From a virus, in IMG/VR virus record IMGVR_UViG_3300027710_000027: a stretch of DNA of 64,000 nucleotides. One strand, 5' to 3'. Of this stretch, positions 47,429-57,327 are shown piece after piece. Positions within the stretch are counted from its first letter, which is position 1; every line of letters begins with the position of its first letter. The notes beneath the pieces were generated by a model. That model did no database searches. It saw only the letters and a list, made by a program, of their open reading frames with translations, and was not told where the DNA came from. Both the position numbers and the translations under genes were made by a program.

Positions 47429-48664
47429 CTACGAATTTAAGAAATCTTTCTTGAAAAAATTTAGAGTGTAATCCTTTTTTTGTTGAACCACTTCATAAAT
47501 CTTTTCTTCTATTCCTCCAATCGTAAATACCCAATACACCTTGTTAAACTTTCTGTCGATGGTGGTCATCCTGTCCTTGCTCTGCCAATATGATGTTGCA
47601 CTAAAGTCTATGTTATAGTACACCAAGAAGTCGGCATTGCGGAGGCTGATCCCTTCACGGCCTGATACAATCTGAAGAGCGATGTTCTTGCGAGTGGTAT
47701 TGAACTCATCAAGATTATCTGTTAAGTCCTCTCCAAAAACAAACTTCAATGCATCCCATTCAGCTTTGAACTTATAAAAGATTCCTATCTTTTTGTTTCT
47801 AAACTGCTCCTTGATATACTCAGCCTTGGTGTAGTCAAACACTAACCGCTTGCCTGATTCAAGTATGATGGTACCGGAATACATCTGATGAAGTTTGTTC
47901 ATCATCTTAGCACCAGTGTCAGCAAGAATCACATCGTCATCACCTTGAACAACCGAGTCCTTCTTTAGCTTGTTAGCTAACTTGTATGTCATTGGCTTCA
48001 TTGCAATTCTAAGCACTGCCTCCTCTACTGATGTAGTAAAGCCTGCCTTCTCTTGGGTGAATGATATCATTAGATGCTTGATGGCATCCATAATCTTATC
48101 CTTCATTGCACCTGAGTAGTCATTAACTTTCATTGCACCTATGTATTTTATTTTAACTTTAACATAGTCATTAGCCCACCTATAAAAGTTGACATACGAT
48201 CTGAATGGGTTGTTAGGATGCACATAAAGTTGGTGGTATATCTGAGAGTAACTCTCAGGTGTCGGTGTACCCGATAGAAATATAACCTTTGCGTTAGACT
48301 TCTTTACCAAATCTTTAACCTGCTTCGCTCTTTTGCTAGGCTTAGGGAATGCACCCATCGTGTGTGCTTCATCACAAATTATGAGGTTCCAATTTGTCCC
48401 CTCAAGTTTATGAATCGACTCATAGTTTACACACGTAAGGTTAAAGTTACAACCTAAATCTTTATGGTCTTTCTTGATACCCGGCACCACCTTTAGCTTA
48501 GTGATAAACAATACTTCTTTAGCACCCAACGCATCGCATATAGCTAAGGATGTCATGGTCTTACCAGTTCTTACCTCCATGGATAGATATAGTAGACCGT
48601 GCTCTTTAATAATGCCAAGCCCGTCGCTTACTATCTTCTTTTGGTAATCCCTCAGTTGTATCAT
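47429..48664 (-). CDS. SF2 (SNF2/DEAD-like) helicase
   Basis: LRDYQ, EVRTGKT, CDEAH, LSGTP, SGREGISL, QSKDR. Confidence 0.88.
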   Translation of the reverse strand: MIQLRDYQKKIVSDGLGIIKEHGLLYLSMEVRTGKTMTSLAICDALGAKEVLFITKLKVVPGIKKDHKDLGCNFNLTCVNYESIHKLEGTNWNLIICDEAHTMGAFPKPSKRAKQVKDLVKKSNAKVIFLSGTPTPESYSQIYHQLYVHPNNPFRSYVNFYRWANDYVKVKIKYIGAMKVNDYSGAMKDKIMDAIKHLMISFTQEKAGFTTSVEEAVLRIAMKPMTYKLANKLKKDSVVQGDDDVILADTGAKMMNKLHQMYSGTIILESGKRLVFDYTKAEYIKEQFRNKKIGIFYKFKAEWDALKFVFGEDLTDNLDEFNTTRKNIALQIVSGREGISLRNADFLVYYNIDFSATSYWQSKDRMTTIDRKFNKVYWVFTIGGIEEKIYEVVQQKKDYTLNFFKKDFLNS

Positions 48665-48950
48665 TTGCGTATGTTTCGTTGTAATATTGTTCTGCTTCAT
48701 CCATAAGAATATCTGTGCCAGTTTTACTGTCATCTACCTTATGCAGATGCATAGCAAATTCTATCATCTGATCTTTCTCCATTTGTTTGGCTTCATCGAT
48801 TAAATACATTATATCTGCATTTATTCGATAAACTTTATCTCCTACAACACCAGATAATTCAATAAACCCATACTTGCCAGTTAAATAAGTATTAGGCATT
48901 TCAGCTATTTGATTAGCCAACCATTCTACTGCTGTTTGTTTATTTCCCAT
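48606..48950 (-). CDS. Hypothetical protein (KQTAVEWL family)
   Basis: KQTAVEWL...AKQMEKDQ...EQYYNETY. Confidence 0.6.
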   Translation of the reverse strand: MGNKQTAVEWLANQIAEMPNTYLTGKYGFIELSGVVGDKVYRINADIMYLIDEAKQMEKDQMIEFAMHLHKVDDSKTGTDILMDEAEQYYNETYANDTTEGLPKEDSKRRAWHY

Positions 48951-49224
48951 TGTCTTTTTGTTCAAAGTTCTTCATTAACCAATATGCCATTCGCTTGGCA
49001 CCTTCTTCTAATCCCTGATAATGATTGCGTTGCATTACAAAATAATTATGAGCAATGCTTTCTGCTTCATCACAAATATCATCATCACTTGGTATCTCTA
49101 TAGGTTTCAATGCTTTAACGTGGTTGTCAATTATTTTATCAACAACATTTTCACTATAATGATTAACATAATATCTAACAGATTGCATTGAATTTAACAA
49201 CTGTTCTTCCGTGTATAGCTTCAT
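48940..49224 (-). CDS. Hypothetical protein
   Basis: MKLYTEEQ...IEIPSDDDI pattern. Confidence 0.55.
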   Translation of the reverse strand: MKLYTEEQLLNSMQSVRYYVNHYSENVVDKIIDNHVKALKPIEIPSDDDICDEAESIAHNYFVMQRNHYQGLEEGAKRMAYWLMKNFEQKDNGK

Positions 49225-49853
49225 TTTTTTTCTTCTTTAAACTCAGTTACATAACTATAATCAGTCTCGTAGTTTGTCTTGTTCTCAATAGAGTACACCG
49301 ACATGTCAATCTGATAGCCAGGGTTCTTATCAATGCGATTGTAAGTCCAAGCATTGTCCATCCAAATGATTCTGTTGTTAGGATAGATAAAGTAGTTGCC
49401 ATTGTCCATCTTAAACACGTGACCACACTTGTGCTCAGGTGTCTCAGAGAAGTTCGTATCTAGCATACTCTTGTTCTCAAATGCCCAGTCTAGCGTAAAC
49501 AAGTAAACACCTTTTCTCTTTACTCCTGTTATTGAAATCAGGTCAGCTCTTAGCCCTGACATGCGTGCTCTTACCTGAACATCTACGTATGAGCTAAAGC
49601 AGTCCCAATACATGTACTCAGTAAGTGGTAGCTCCTCCGCATCTTTTCTCCAACAGAATGCGTGGATAGGTCTGCGTGTCCAGTTGACTCCGTTCTCCAA
49701 GAATGCCTCAAACAAAGGGATTCTTTTCTCAATGGATGCGACTGAGTGAACGTCACATAGCGTGTGCTCTCCATGCCCCTTGGTATGGTTAAATAAAAAC
49801 TCGTTACGTATGAAACAAGTTAGTGTTGGAATGTTATGATTCAAGTATGGCAT
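49221..49853 (-). CDS. Conserved phage hypothetical protein
   Basis: ATG 49853 MPYLNHNIP...RPIHAFC...EHKCGH...PNNRIIW. Confidence 0.65.
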   Translation of the reverse strand: MPYLNHNIPTLTCFIRNEFLFNHTKGHGEHTLCDVHSVASIEKRIPLFEAFLENGVNWTRRPIHAFCWRKDAEELPLTEYMYWDCFSSYVDVQVRARMSGLRADLISITGVKRKGVYLFTLDWAFENKSMLDTNFSETPEHKCGHVFKMDNGNYFIYPNNRIIWMDNAWTYNRIDKNPGYQIDMSVYSIENKTNYETDYSYVTEFKEEKK

Positions 49854-50028
49854 CTTCTTTTTTATAGTTATCGTATTGTTCGTTGTTCCAAAAATACTGA
49901 CATGTACCATCCTCCTTTACAGGTGGTGTCATGAAATAAGATTGGTAGTCACTTGCTTTTGCTGTGTATCGATAGCAGTTCTGCTTATCGTGACAGTTGC
50001 CCCCAGGACACATTGAAATATCTGGCAT
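49834..50028 (-). CDS. Small Cys-rich protein
   Basis: MPDISMC...C...CYRY...CQYFW. Confidence 0.6.
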   Translation of the reverse strand: MPDISMCPGGNCHDKQNCYRYTAKASDYQSYFMTPPVKEDGTCQYFWNNEQYDNYKKEDAILES

Positions 50029-50030
50029 AG

Positions 50031-50885
50031 TTATAGTCCGCAGAAACCTGAGTCGCATTCATTAAAGTCCGACTCAAATAATTCCACTTGTTTAAATGAT
50101 TCTTTGATTTTATTATAAGATGTACCCTTAATAAATCTAGCCGAGTCGGTCTCCTGATTAGCGAACCAATCAAACTTAGTGGGCTGAATTTCCGACATTA
50201 ACTTAAGTAAAGCAGGATTACGATGGAAACATCCAACACAGTTGTTCATGTAAGCGAACCTTACTGGTTTATCTTTCCAATACTCGTGAACCTGCTCTCT
50301 TAAAATGTTTTCTTCTATCAAAGGGAATCTTGGTGTGCGGTATGGGATAGAGTGCCACTTATGTCTGCCACGCTCGTTAGTTGACTTGATAACCCTAAAG
50401 TTCTCAATGCCATCTACGCAACGCTTCAACATATTGTTGGCACGTCTAGTCTCATTAGCCCTGAACCCAATTCTCATTTCAACAGGTAGATCCGTATTGG
50501 CTCTACACCATTCAAAGATTGGGTTAACTTTCATATGCACCGTGCAGAATCTTTGCATTACATTAGGCAAGTATTTATAATACTCCCCATTGTCTTTGCG
50601 ATTCTTGTTAACGATTGAGTCAAAAGTTGGGCCGGTTATCCAAGTAATCTTTCTACCTAGATACTGCTCTAAATCTAGCATCGTGTAGATAATTGCATCC
50701 TCTTCTAGCGTACCAATAAAATCAGTCTGAAGCCTGTCTTCTACAATCTTTCTGATTGCATCGTCCTTAAACTTACACGACTCATCTGTGGTTCTAACCA
50801 AAGAGAATAAATCTACGTCAGCTGGGAAATGAGCCGCCATATATGATGATGTTTTGCCTCCACTTAAAGAGTTGACTGTTGTCAT
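50031..50885 (-). CDS. PAPS-reductase-like (adenine nucleotide alpha-hydrolase) protein
   Basis: SLSGGKTS PP-loop, RFCTVHMK, GFRANE, NCVGC, CDSGFCG. Confidence 0.8.
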   Translation of the reverse strand: MTTVNSLSGGKTSSYMAAHFPADVDLFSLVRTTDESCKFKDDAIRKIVEDRLQTDFIGTLEEDAIIYTMLDLEQYLGRKITWITGPTFDSIVNKNRKDNGEYYKYLPNVMQRFCTVHMKVNPIFEWCRANTDLPVEMRIGFRANETRRANNMLKRCVDGIENFRVIKSTNERGRHKWHSIPYRTPRFPLIEENILREQVHEYWKDKPVRFAYMNNCVGCFHRNPALLKLMSEIQPTKFDWFANQETDSARFIKGTSYNKIKESFKQVELFESDFNECDSGFCGL

Positions 50886-53260
50886 AATAATTCTAATTGT
50901 TTATCTTCTTTTAATGGGAACACCATCCACTTACCTGCACCATCACGACCCTCTACAGGGTTGCTACCAGTTAAATGCAAGCAGTAGGTACGTAGCCACG
51001 AATTAAATCGTTGCTTAGATAGCATACGGAACATTCCGTTGTTATCCGCTATAAACTTATCAAACACATCATCAGGTCTGAATCGCTGATTTGTTGGTAT
51101 GAATGACGGCCCAAATTCGTGAGCCCACTCAGCAAACTCAGCGTTAGTCTCTGCCCTGAACTTGCGTTCTTTAAGGTTTACAAAGTTACACTTAACCAAG
51201 CCAGTATTTAGGTAGCCCTGCAATACTTTGATCATGTAGTTGTCGAACGCACACCAATCATCTTGGCTCCAATCGTTGAACAACAACCGACCAAACTCAT
51301 CCTGAGGTGTGAAGTCTTTAGAATAGAATTGCTTGAACTCCATCTCCCACTTACGCCTCTCAAATGAGTTACCCTTACCTTGAATAGCGTAGTTGGTCGT
51401 GATGACAACCTTAGGTGACTTATGGAATGGAATCTTTATCGCATCTTTGTTCTTACGCTCAACCGTGATGCCCTCAGTAACTACCGAGAATAAACGCTCA
51501 AAGTCAAAGTTCTTCTTCACATCATCGAACACTAACACCTGCGTGTCTGTGCTCACTAACTGATAAGCAAAAGACTTATCGAATGAGAATGATTTGCCAT
51601 CAATAGTAACTGCCTTCTTCATGCGACTGATGCCGTTCATGAATAGACCCTTACCAGTACCTCCCTCAGGGTTCTCTGATATCACCTCATCATTAATGAT
51701 TACCGCAGGGCAGTAGCCACCATTCTTAAATGCATGTAGGATGAACCCGATGGTAGACTCGATGGAGGCCACACGTTGGTCATCATTGCCACCGATGTTG
51801 CGAATGAATGTTTTGTAGTCACACTCATCTGCGGGGCAGAACACAAAGTCACGTTGGATGACTTGGTCAGACCAAACGTAGCCACCTAAGTCCTCATAGT
51901 TAAGCAGGACAGTTTGGTTCTTAGTCACCTTGACCACACCGTTCTTGAAGTATAGGTACGCCTCATCCTTTGTGTCCTCCACAAAATAGATGTTGACTGA
52001 GTCAAGCATAGACAAGAAGTCCTCTCTAAAGAATCGGGTCTTGTCCGCAAAGTAATTGTACACGCTTAGATCCTGAAAGTTATCAAGGATGTGGTTTAAC
52101 ACAAAGTCCTTGATGTCATCCTCTGTGCACATCTCAATCAAGTTCTGATTGATGCGTACAAAGATGAAACCCTTGTTACCCTCAGGCACATACTTGCGAT
52201 ACCCATTGTTTTCTAAGAATGTCTTGAGTTCGTAGTGTATCAATGTCACCACACCCTTGTCACTCTTAGTCCAGAATGTATTCTTGCTTTGCTCCTCCTC
52301 GATTCTAGTTAATACTGAATCAATCGTTCCGTCCTCCACTCCGGAGGCTTTCAGTTGAGAACGGATGTCCTTTTTTGGTACGCCACGGCTAAGTTGATTC
52401 TTTGCAAAGTCAACACGTGAGGTGTCCTCAAAATACTTAGTGGCATACTTGTCAGTATGACGATAGGCTGAGTCAATGATGGATTGAATCTCCTTGGTTG
52501 TAAAGTCCTCAGATGCAAATGCCATCATGCGATACATCGCCTCAGACTTAGACACACCATACTCATTAAAAGCCATAGCAAGCACGAACAAGTTATTGTT
52601 GCGTGCACCTGACACGAAGCCAAACTTATTATCCCACCACTTAGCTAGTCTATTAATGATTTCGTTCTCATCATCGATAGGGATGGTCGGCCTCATGTCC
52701 TTTGTCACGTGCTCAATCTCTGCATCATCAATCTTGTTCCACTCAATAGAGTTGATGTTAACAAAGATGGTCGGATCGTATGACTCGTAGCACACACGTG
52801 ATACATTCTTGGATGTCTTATCAAACTGCTCGCAGTTATAGTAAGCCTCCAGTGCATTAAAGAATGACTTGTGCTTGTTAGCATCCTTTGGTATCTTAAC
52901 CAATACCTTCAGGCCATTGCCTGATGGGGATATAAAAACTGAAAACGTATAAGGGTCATTAGCCAATTCATCTTTCTTGGCTAGTATCTCATCATTGGAT
53001 GGGAAGTTATCGAAGTCTAAACATATCAGACCACTATGCTCCATGAGAGCCGAGTCTTCACGCTTAGAGAACGTACCTGAGAAACATATCGCAGGCAACT
53101 CTTGCTTGAGCTTGTTACGTAGCTCCTTATCTTTTTCCAATCTAATCTTGCGGACAATGTCTTTGGACTTACCCTCCTTGACTCTGGAGAGTATAGCCAA
53201 GACATCCCGATAGAATGGGACAGATGTCTCCTTAATATTTGAGAATATGGTTACTTGCAT
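50882..53260 (-). CDS. Primase-helicase: VirE-N/BT4734-like plus PriCT plus D5/SF3 helicase
   Basis: LPAICFSGTF, LDFD, SPSGNGLK, DKTSKNVSR; GARNNNLF; GGTGKG Walker A, FDD Walker B, ITTN. Confidence 0.88.
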   Translation of the reverse strand: MQVTIFSNIKETSVPFYRDVLAILSRVKEGKSKDIVRKIRLEKDKELRNKLKQELPAICFSGTFSKREDSALMEHSGLICLDFDNFPSNDEILAKKDELANDPYTFSVFISPSGNGLKVLVKIPKDANKHKSFFNALEAYYNCEQFDKTSKNVSRVCYESYDPTIFVNINSIEWNKIDDAEIEHVTKDMRPTIPIDDENEIINRLAKWWDNKFGFVSGARNNNLFVLAMAFNEYGVSKSEAMYRMMAFASEDFTTKEIQSIIDSAYRHTDKYATKYFEDTSRVDFAKNQLSRGVPKKDIRSQLKASGVEDGTIDSVLTRIEEEQSKNTFWTKSDKGVVTLIHYELKTFLENNGYRKYVPEGNKGFIFVRINQNLIEMCTEDDIKDFVLNHILDNFQDLSVYNYFADKTRFFREDFLSMLDSVNIYFVEDTKDEAYLYFKNGVVKVTKNQTVLLNYEDLGGYVWSDQVIQRDFVFCPADECDYKTFIRNIGGNDDQRVASIESTIGFILHAFKNGGYCPAVIINDEVISENPEGGTGKGLFMNGISRMKKAVTIDGKSFSFDKSFAYQLVSTDTQVLVFDDVKKNFDFERLFSVVTEGITVERKNKDAIKIPFHKSPKVVITTNYAIQGKGNSFERRKWEMEFKQFYSKDFTPQDEFGRLLFNDWSQDDWCAFDNYMIKVLQGYLNTGLVKCNFVNLKERKFRAETNAEFAEWAHEFGPSFIPTNQRFRPDDVFDKFIADNNGMFRMLSKQRFNSWLRTYCLHLTGSNPVEGRDGAGKWMVFPLKEDKQLELL

Positions 53261-53547
53261 TTGCGTACTGGTGGTTCAAAGTTTCTTTCTAGGAAATCCA
53301 TAAAATGTTCTGTTACTCCTGCATTTACCCACTCTTGGTTAACAGACCACCAACTAGGTTTAGGTTTTTCCAATGTAAATCCTTCTAATGTGTATTCAGT
53401 ATAAGAAAGCAAAGGTTGTAAAAGAGTGCTAAATGCACATGAATTTCCATTGTCGAACTTAACATAAAAAATACCCGTCTTACTTGTATCATATACTTCA
53501 CCCCATCCATATTGGATGTGAAATACTCTATCATTTATTTCAAACAT
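53251..53547 (-). CDS. Hypothetical protein
   Basis: FEINDRVFHIQYGWGEV...LSYTEYTLEGF. Confidence 0.55.
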   Translation of the reverse strand: MFEINDRVFHIQYGWGEVYDTSKTGIFYVKFDNGNSCAFSTLLQPLLSYTEYTLEGFTLEKPKPSWWSVNQEWVNAGVTEHFMDFLERNFEPPVRKCK

Positions 53548-53556
53548 ATCGTTTTA

Positions 53557-53760
53557 AGTTAAAGTTGTACACTTTTTAGTTTTTTTTATGTACAAAATTT
53601 TTAATTTGTACACTAGTTAACTAATTGATTATTAGTATATTATATTCTTTTATGTACAAAGTGAACAAAATATATAAGAAAAGAGAAAAAAATAATTTAT
53701 CTATAAAGAAAAAATATATATTCATCTAAGTCCCACATATTTTGTTCATTTGTACACAAC
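53557..53760. repeat. AT-rich iteron-like element A (candidate origin)
   Basis: TGTACA at 53566, 53589, 53607, 53653, 53751; TGAACA/TGTTCA; IHF consensus TAACTAATTGATT at 53618-53630. Confidence 0.65.
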
Positions 53761-53761
53761 A

Positions 53762-54070
53762 TTAGAATGGAAGATCTTGTTCTTCCACCGTTGGAGTTGG
53801 TGCAGGAGCCGGAGCAGGTGCACTTTGCTTGGCTGTAGAGCCACCATCAGATGACCACACTAGCTTTGCATTACCTAAGTAGTTTCTAGGTGCTTTAGCC
53901 TCACGTTCCTCCTTAGTTTGAGACTCGTAGATACTAGCTAAATTTTTGTAAGCATCCTCCTCGTCATTTACAGAGATAGTAATGTTAAGATAATTGCCTT
54001 TCTCTCCTTTAACTAATTTGTCCTTAGAGATTTTTGATACATCAATAGATGCTGAAAATAATTGTGCCAT
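53762..54070 (-). CDS. Single-stranded DNA-binding protein (phage type)
   Basis: SIDVSKISK...YLNITI...YLGNAK with an acidic DLPF C-tail. Confidence 0.7.
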   Translation of the reverse strand: MAQLFSASIDVSKISKDKLVKGEKGNYLNITISVNDEEDAYKNLASIYESQTKEEREAKAPRNYLGNAKLVWSSDGGSTAKQSAPAPAPAPTPTVEEQDLPF

Positions 54071-54084
54071 AATTTATTATTTGT

Positions 54085-54285
54085 TTAATTGTTTACTATT
54101 TTAACTATTGCTGTTTTTTTTAACGGAAAGGATGCGACTAATGGATTCATTTCCATATCAATATATGCTTCTTTACCTGTAAAAAACTTAAGTCGATTGC
54201 CTTCATAATGCTCCATGCAATAATCTGCATCAATGGAATAAATATCTTTTTTATATAAAAGAGTATATGTTTTTTTAGGTGTCAT
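54085..54285 (-). CDS. Hypothetical protein
   Basis: 66 aa ORF coupled to its neighbours. Confidence 0.45.
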   Translation of the reverse strand: MTPKKTYTLLYKKDIYSIDADYCMEHYEGNRLKFFTGKEAYIDMEMNPLVASFPLKKTAIVKIVNN

Positions 54286-54542
54286 AGCTTATCTATTTCA
54301 TTTAAAACTTTAATGTAATGTTGTTTATTAGATATAAGATTTTTCATTGAGTCTTTATCATAGGTGTATGGTATTACATTAGAATTTATAAAAGTTAATA
54401 TCAAATTAACTGCAATATGTGCACATCTTTTAGCTTCTAATTCATTAACATAGTATTCAATACCTTCTACATCTGTACCTAAATAAAGGGTAAATTGGCC
54501 AAACAAATCTTTCGCTTCTTCAGCTGGATTCATATATCTCAT
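54282..54542 (-). CDS. Hypothetical protein
   Basis: NPAEEAKDL...AKRCAHIAV...VLNEIDKL. Confidence 0.55.
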   Translation of the reverse strand: MRYMNPAEEAKDLFGQFTLYLGTDVEGIEYYVNELEAKRCAHIAVNLILTFINSNVIPYTYDKDSMKNLISNKQHYIKVLNEIDKL

Positions 54543-55267
54543 AGAGTTTCTAATTTAAAATACTGAGTAATATCATCGGTCGCATTGGGCCCGAAGAACT
54601 TTTGGTAGACCTCGATAGCCTTGTAGACCTTCTCTCTGCCACGATCCAAGAACTCATCTGAGCATTCAAACAAGCCTGTACGACAACTATCTTTCTCGAC
54701 TGCGATAAACACCATAGGCTTACCGAATAACTGGTTATAGATGTAAGCCTGAGAGTCGTAGTTATACTTGCGAGCAGAGAACTTAAAGTCATCTAAGTTA
54801 GCCGTGGTCTTGAGGTCGATAAGAATCTCATCCCCGACAATATCCGACTTACCTTTCCACTGGATGCCACCAATTTCTCCGATGGCCGGAACCTCATAAG
54901 AGTTTGATGAGTCACGGATCATGTCGTAGAATGTCAGGTTGCCCATCAATGCCTTGGCCATACGCTCGCAGTCATCAACTTCTTTCTGAAGCAATAGCAT
55001 GTCTGTGCCTGATGAGGCCAATGCCTCCTTGTAGATGTTAGTCGTACGTGTTGAGCAGTCCACGGCCACAAAGTTTTTTAACTTCTCAGGCTCAAGAATG
55101 AACGTGTGAAAGTAAGACCCTGCAAGCATAGCAGGAGTCTTCTCTTTCGGCACACCATACTGCGATGGATTGTACAATAACGCTCCGATGTCGGAGTTGG
55201 ATAAGTACTGTTTACCAATTCCAGAATAATATTCTGAATCGTTTTTCAATGTTTCTAAAATTTCCAT
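54539..55267 (-). CDS. PD-(D/E)XK exonuclease (DUF3799 / RecE-like)
   Basis: LSNSDI, GSYFH, KGKSD, IDLKTT, YNYDSQAYIY. Confidence 0.85.
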   Translation of the reverse strand: MEILETLKNDSEYYSGIGKQYLSNSDIGALLYNPSQYGVPKEKTPAMLAGSYFHTFILEPEKLKNFVAVDCSTRTTNIYKEALASSGTDMLLLQKEVDDCERMAKALMGNLTFYDMIRDSSNSYEVPAIGEIGGIQWKGKSDIVGDEILIDLKTTANLDDFKFSARKYNYDSQAYIYNQLFGKPMVFIAVEKDSCRTGLFECSDEFLDRGREKVYKAIEVYQKFFGPNATDDITQYFKLETL

Positions 55268-55860
55268 TACTTCTTAAGTTTATTAATTGCGTTTTTTACT
55301 TCATTAGATAAATCGTACTTCTTGGATAAGTTCTTGAACACATCCTCAGACTTGAGCCCTATGTTATCAACCACATAGTTGACCACCTTCTCCCAGTTAG
55401 CATCGCCTATTGCAAGAGGAATCTTGCCTACAGGTTTAGCCACCACCTTAGCAGGTGTGCCATCAGTTGCCTCAGGGAAATCTTCTTTGGCATAGATGTT
55501 AAGAGCCAAGCCATGTAGAGCCAATGCCTTCACCGTGGAACGCTGAATAGTTTTGTTTACATCGAATGATGTAAGACTAGCTAGTGGGATAGACTTGTTC
55601 ATGTGGTTCATCACTGGTAGGTAGTCGATGTACTCCAAGCCATTGATAGTAACACCAACCTTGACCCAAGCCGTAGCCCCATCTGAAAAGTAATTCATAC
55701 CAGTCTCAGACTCGTACACCGTACGTGTCATGTCAGGGAATAACTTCTTGCATTCTGCCCAAGCAGTAGCCCAAGAAAGGTAAGATAATTGACCTCTCTT
55801 TTCTACTTTAGATGAGAGGTTGAGAGCAGATAACTGCTCGAACACTGATTTGTTAGACAT
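55267..55860 (-). CDS. Sak-type single-strand annealing protein (DUF1071-like)
   Basis: LSYLSWATAW, YLPVMNHMNK, VNKTIQRSTVKALALHGLALNIYAKED. Confidence 0.85.
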   Translation of the reverse strand: MSNKSVFEQLSALNLSSKVEKRGQLSYLSWATAWAECKKLFPDMTRTVYESETGMNYFSDGATAWVKVGVTINGLEYIDYLPVMNHMNKSIPLASLTSFDVNKTIQRSTVKALALHGLALNIYAKEDFPEATDGTPAKVVAKPVGKIPLAIGDANWEKVVNYVVDNIGLKSEDVFKNLSKKYDLSNEVKNAINKLKK

Positions 55861-55889
55861 ATTATATTAAGTTAAAGTGAGCCACAAAT

Positions 55890-56198
55890 TTAATTTTTTT
55901 CTTGGAATAAGCAATAGCCAAGCAATAAATAATTATACAAATCGGCAAATCTTGATGACAAAGGTTCGGCCGGTTTTAGATCAGGATTCTTGATGTGTGC
56001 CTGAATAGAGCTCAATTGCTTATCAAAAAAGATAGACCACACTTGTAATGGAGTGACACCAGCTCGCTTGGCCGACTCCTTAAAATTGTTGAGAATGTCT
56101 ACATTCTCTAACGTGTACTCAGGTTGCTTTGCCTCTCTGATGGACATCGCATGGTTGTAGAGCGTATCGTACGCTTCGTTGAATTGTTCTTGTGTCAT
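55890..56198 (-). CDS. All-alpha NTP-pyrophosphatase-like protein (DUF1599/Nmad-like)
   Basis: AKQPEY...NNFK...FADLYNY; TAAATTTG promoter for the downstream gene at 55885-55892 (minus). Confidence 0.6.
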   Translation of the reverse strand: MTQEQFNEAYDTLYNHAMSIREAKQPEYTLENVDILNNFKESAKRAGVTPLQVWSIFFDKQLSSIQAHIKNPDLKPAEPLSSRFADLYNYLLLGYCLFQEKN

Positions 56199-56204
56199 TT
56201 GATT

Positions 56205-56336
56205 TTAGTTTAAAAAGTCATCACCCTTATAGTCGGGATGGTTTTTGTTCATGTCATCTATGCCATTTACCCACAAGTAAACAAGTGGTGCAAGCACCAA
56301 TGCATGGATTATAAATAATGCTACGTATGTTATCAT
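56205..56336 (-). CDS. 43-aa single-TM microprotein
   Basis: Manual translation MITYVALFIIHALVLAPLVYLWVNGIDDMNKNHPDYKGDDFLN. Confidence 0.6.
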   Translation of the reverse strand: MITYVALFIIHALVLAPLVYLWVNGIDDMNKNHPDYKGDDFLN

Positions 56337-56638
56337 TTTAAGTATCTGTCTATAGCGTTTAAAATTTGCTCGTGATTAATAGCATAAGCTATCTTAATGT
56401 TAAAATACTTTCTATCAGTTATCCAATGCTCAGGCAAATGGTCAAACTGAATAAGTAGGTAATGGTAGTCACCACTAGATTTAAGCACCAACAAATTGTT
56501 GCCACCAAGCACACTAGCATAGCGTAGCCCTTTCTCCCTGAGGGAACGCTTAGTCTTATTACATAAGCCAACAGTAGTTATCTTTTTGCCCATTCTTCTG
56601 AGTAGTCTATTGGTGCATAGAACTTTGTTTGAACCCAA
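56333..56638 (-). CDS. Hypothetical protein
   Basis: ORF track; true start may be internal (MGKKITT). Confidence 0.5.
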   Translation of the reverse strand: MGSNKVLCTNRLLRRMGKKITTVGLCNKTKRSLREKGLRYASVLGGNNLLVLKSSGDYHYLLIQFDHLPEHWITDRKYFNIKIAYAINHEQILNAIDRYLK

Positions 56639-56880
56639 CCAGTTTTGCGTAGTCTACGCTTCTTATGGTCAATGTAAGGGTAAAATGTAAAGTGCCCCTG
56701 CTTGTGCTTTTGCAACTGCATCGTTTTATCACAATCATCGCATACTAGGTTCATCGTTAGCTTATTTCCTGACTTGATGAACAATCGCTCAACTACCTTT
56801 ATGTCGTGCTCATGCTTACACCATGGGCATCGCATGTCGGATTCCTCGAATCCTTTGCGGGATCTAATTAGCTTTTCCAT
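56578..56880 (-). CDS. Zn-ribbon protein
   Basis: ATG 56880; CPWC and CDDC pairs. Confidence 0.55.
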   Translation of the reverse strand: MEKLIRSRKGFEESDMRCPWCKHEHDIKVVERLFIKSGNKLTMNLVCDDCDKTMQLQKHKQGHFTFYPYIDHKKRRLRKTGWVQTKFYAPIDYSEEWAKR

Positions 56881-57011
56881 TAGCTGAATCTGATTAAAAT
56901 GTAAATAGATAGTAATGCACTCAATGTGCCTGATGCACCAATGATGACACCAGTTACAAATTGTCTGAAGGCAACCTCTGAGACTTCCTTGCAATTAAAT
57001 TTTTCTTCCAT
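56880..57011 (-). CDS. 43-aa single-TM microprotein
   Basis: Manual translation MEEKFNCKEVSEVAFRQFVTGVIIGASGTLSALLSIYILIRFS; stop overlaps the next ATG. Confidence 0.5.
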   Translation of the reverse strand: MEEKFNCKEVSEVAFRQFVTGVIIGASGTLSALLSIYILIRFS

Positions 57012-57327
57012 CGCGTTCTCTTGCTAGTTCTTGTTTAGATTTAGCGGTCACCAGGTTAGTAGTGCCCGTTTGATTTTTCTCGAATTCTTTAATCTTGTTA
57101 ATGCCATATAATATGGACGAGTGATCTATTGGATACCCGTACCTCTCGCAGTACCTCTGTATTTCCCATAACTTTATACCCTCGCTTTCGCACAAAGCAT
57201 AGAAGTGGTGACGTGCAGATACAATAGGGGATAGCTTGGTATTAAGAAACATATCCTTCTTTCTAATTCGGTGGCGATAGCAGATTCTCCTTGAGATTCT
57301 ATCTATCTTATCTACATCTGATATCAT
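56995..57327 (-). CDS. DnaA domain IV / TrpR-like HTH protein
   Basis: ATG 57327; IVSARHHF...IDHSSILYGINKI resembles Bac_DnaA_C (DHTTV). Confidence 0.65.
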   Translation of the reverse strand: MISDVDKIDRISRRICYRHRIRKKDMFLNTKLSPIVSARHHFYALCESEGIKLWEIQRYCERYGYPIDHSSILYGINKIKEFEKNQTGTTNLVTAKSKQELARERDGRKI

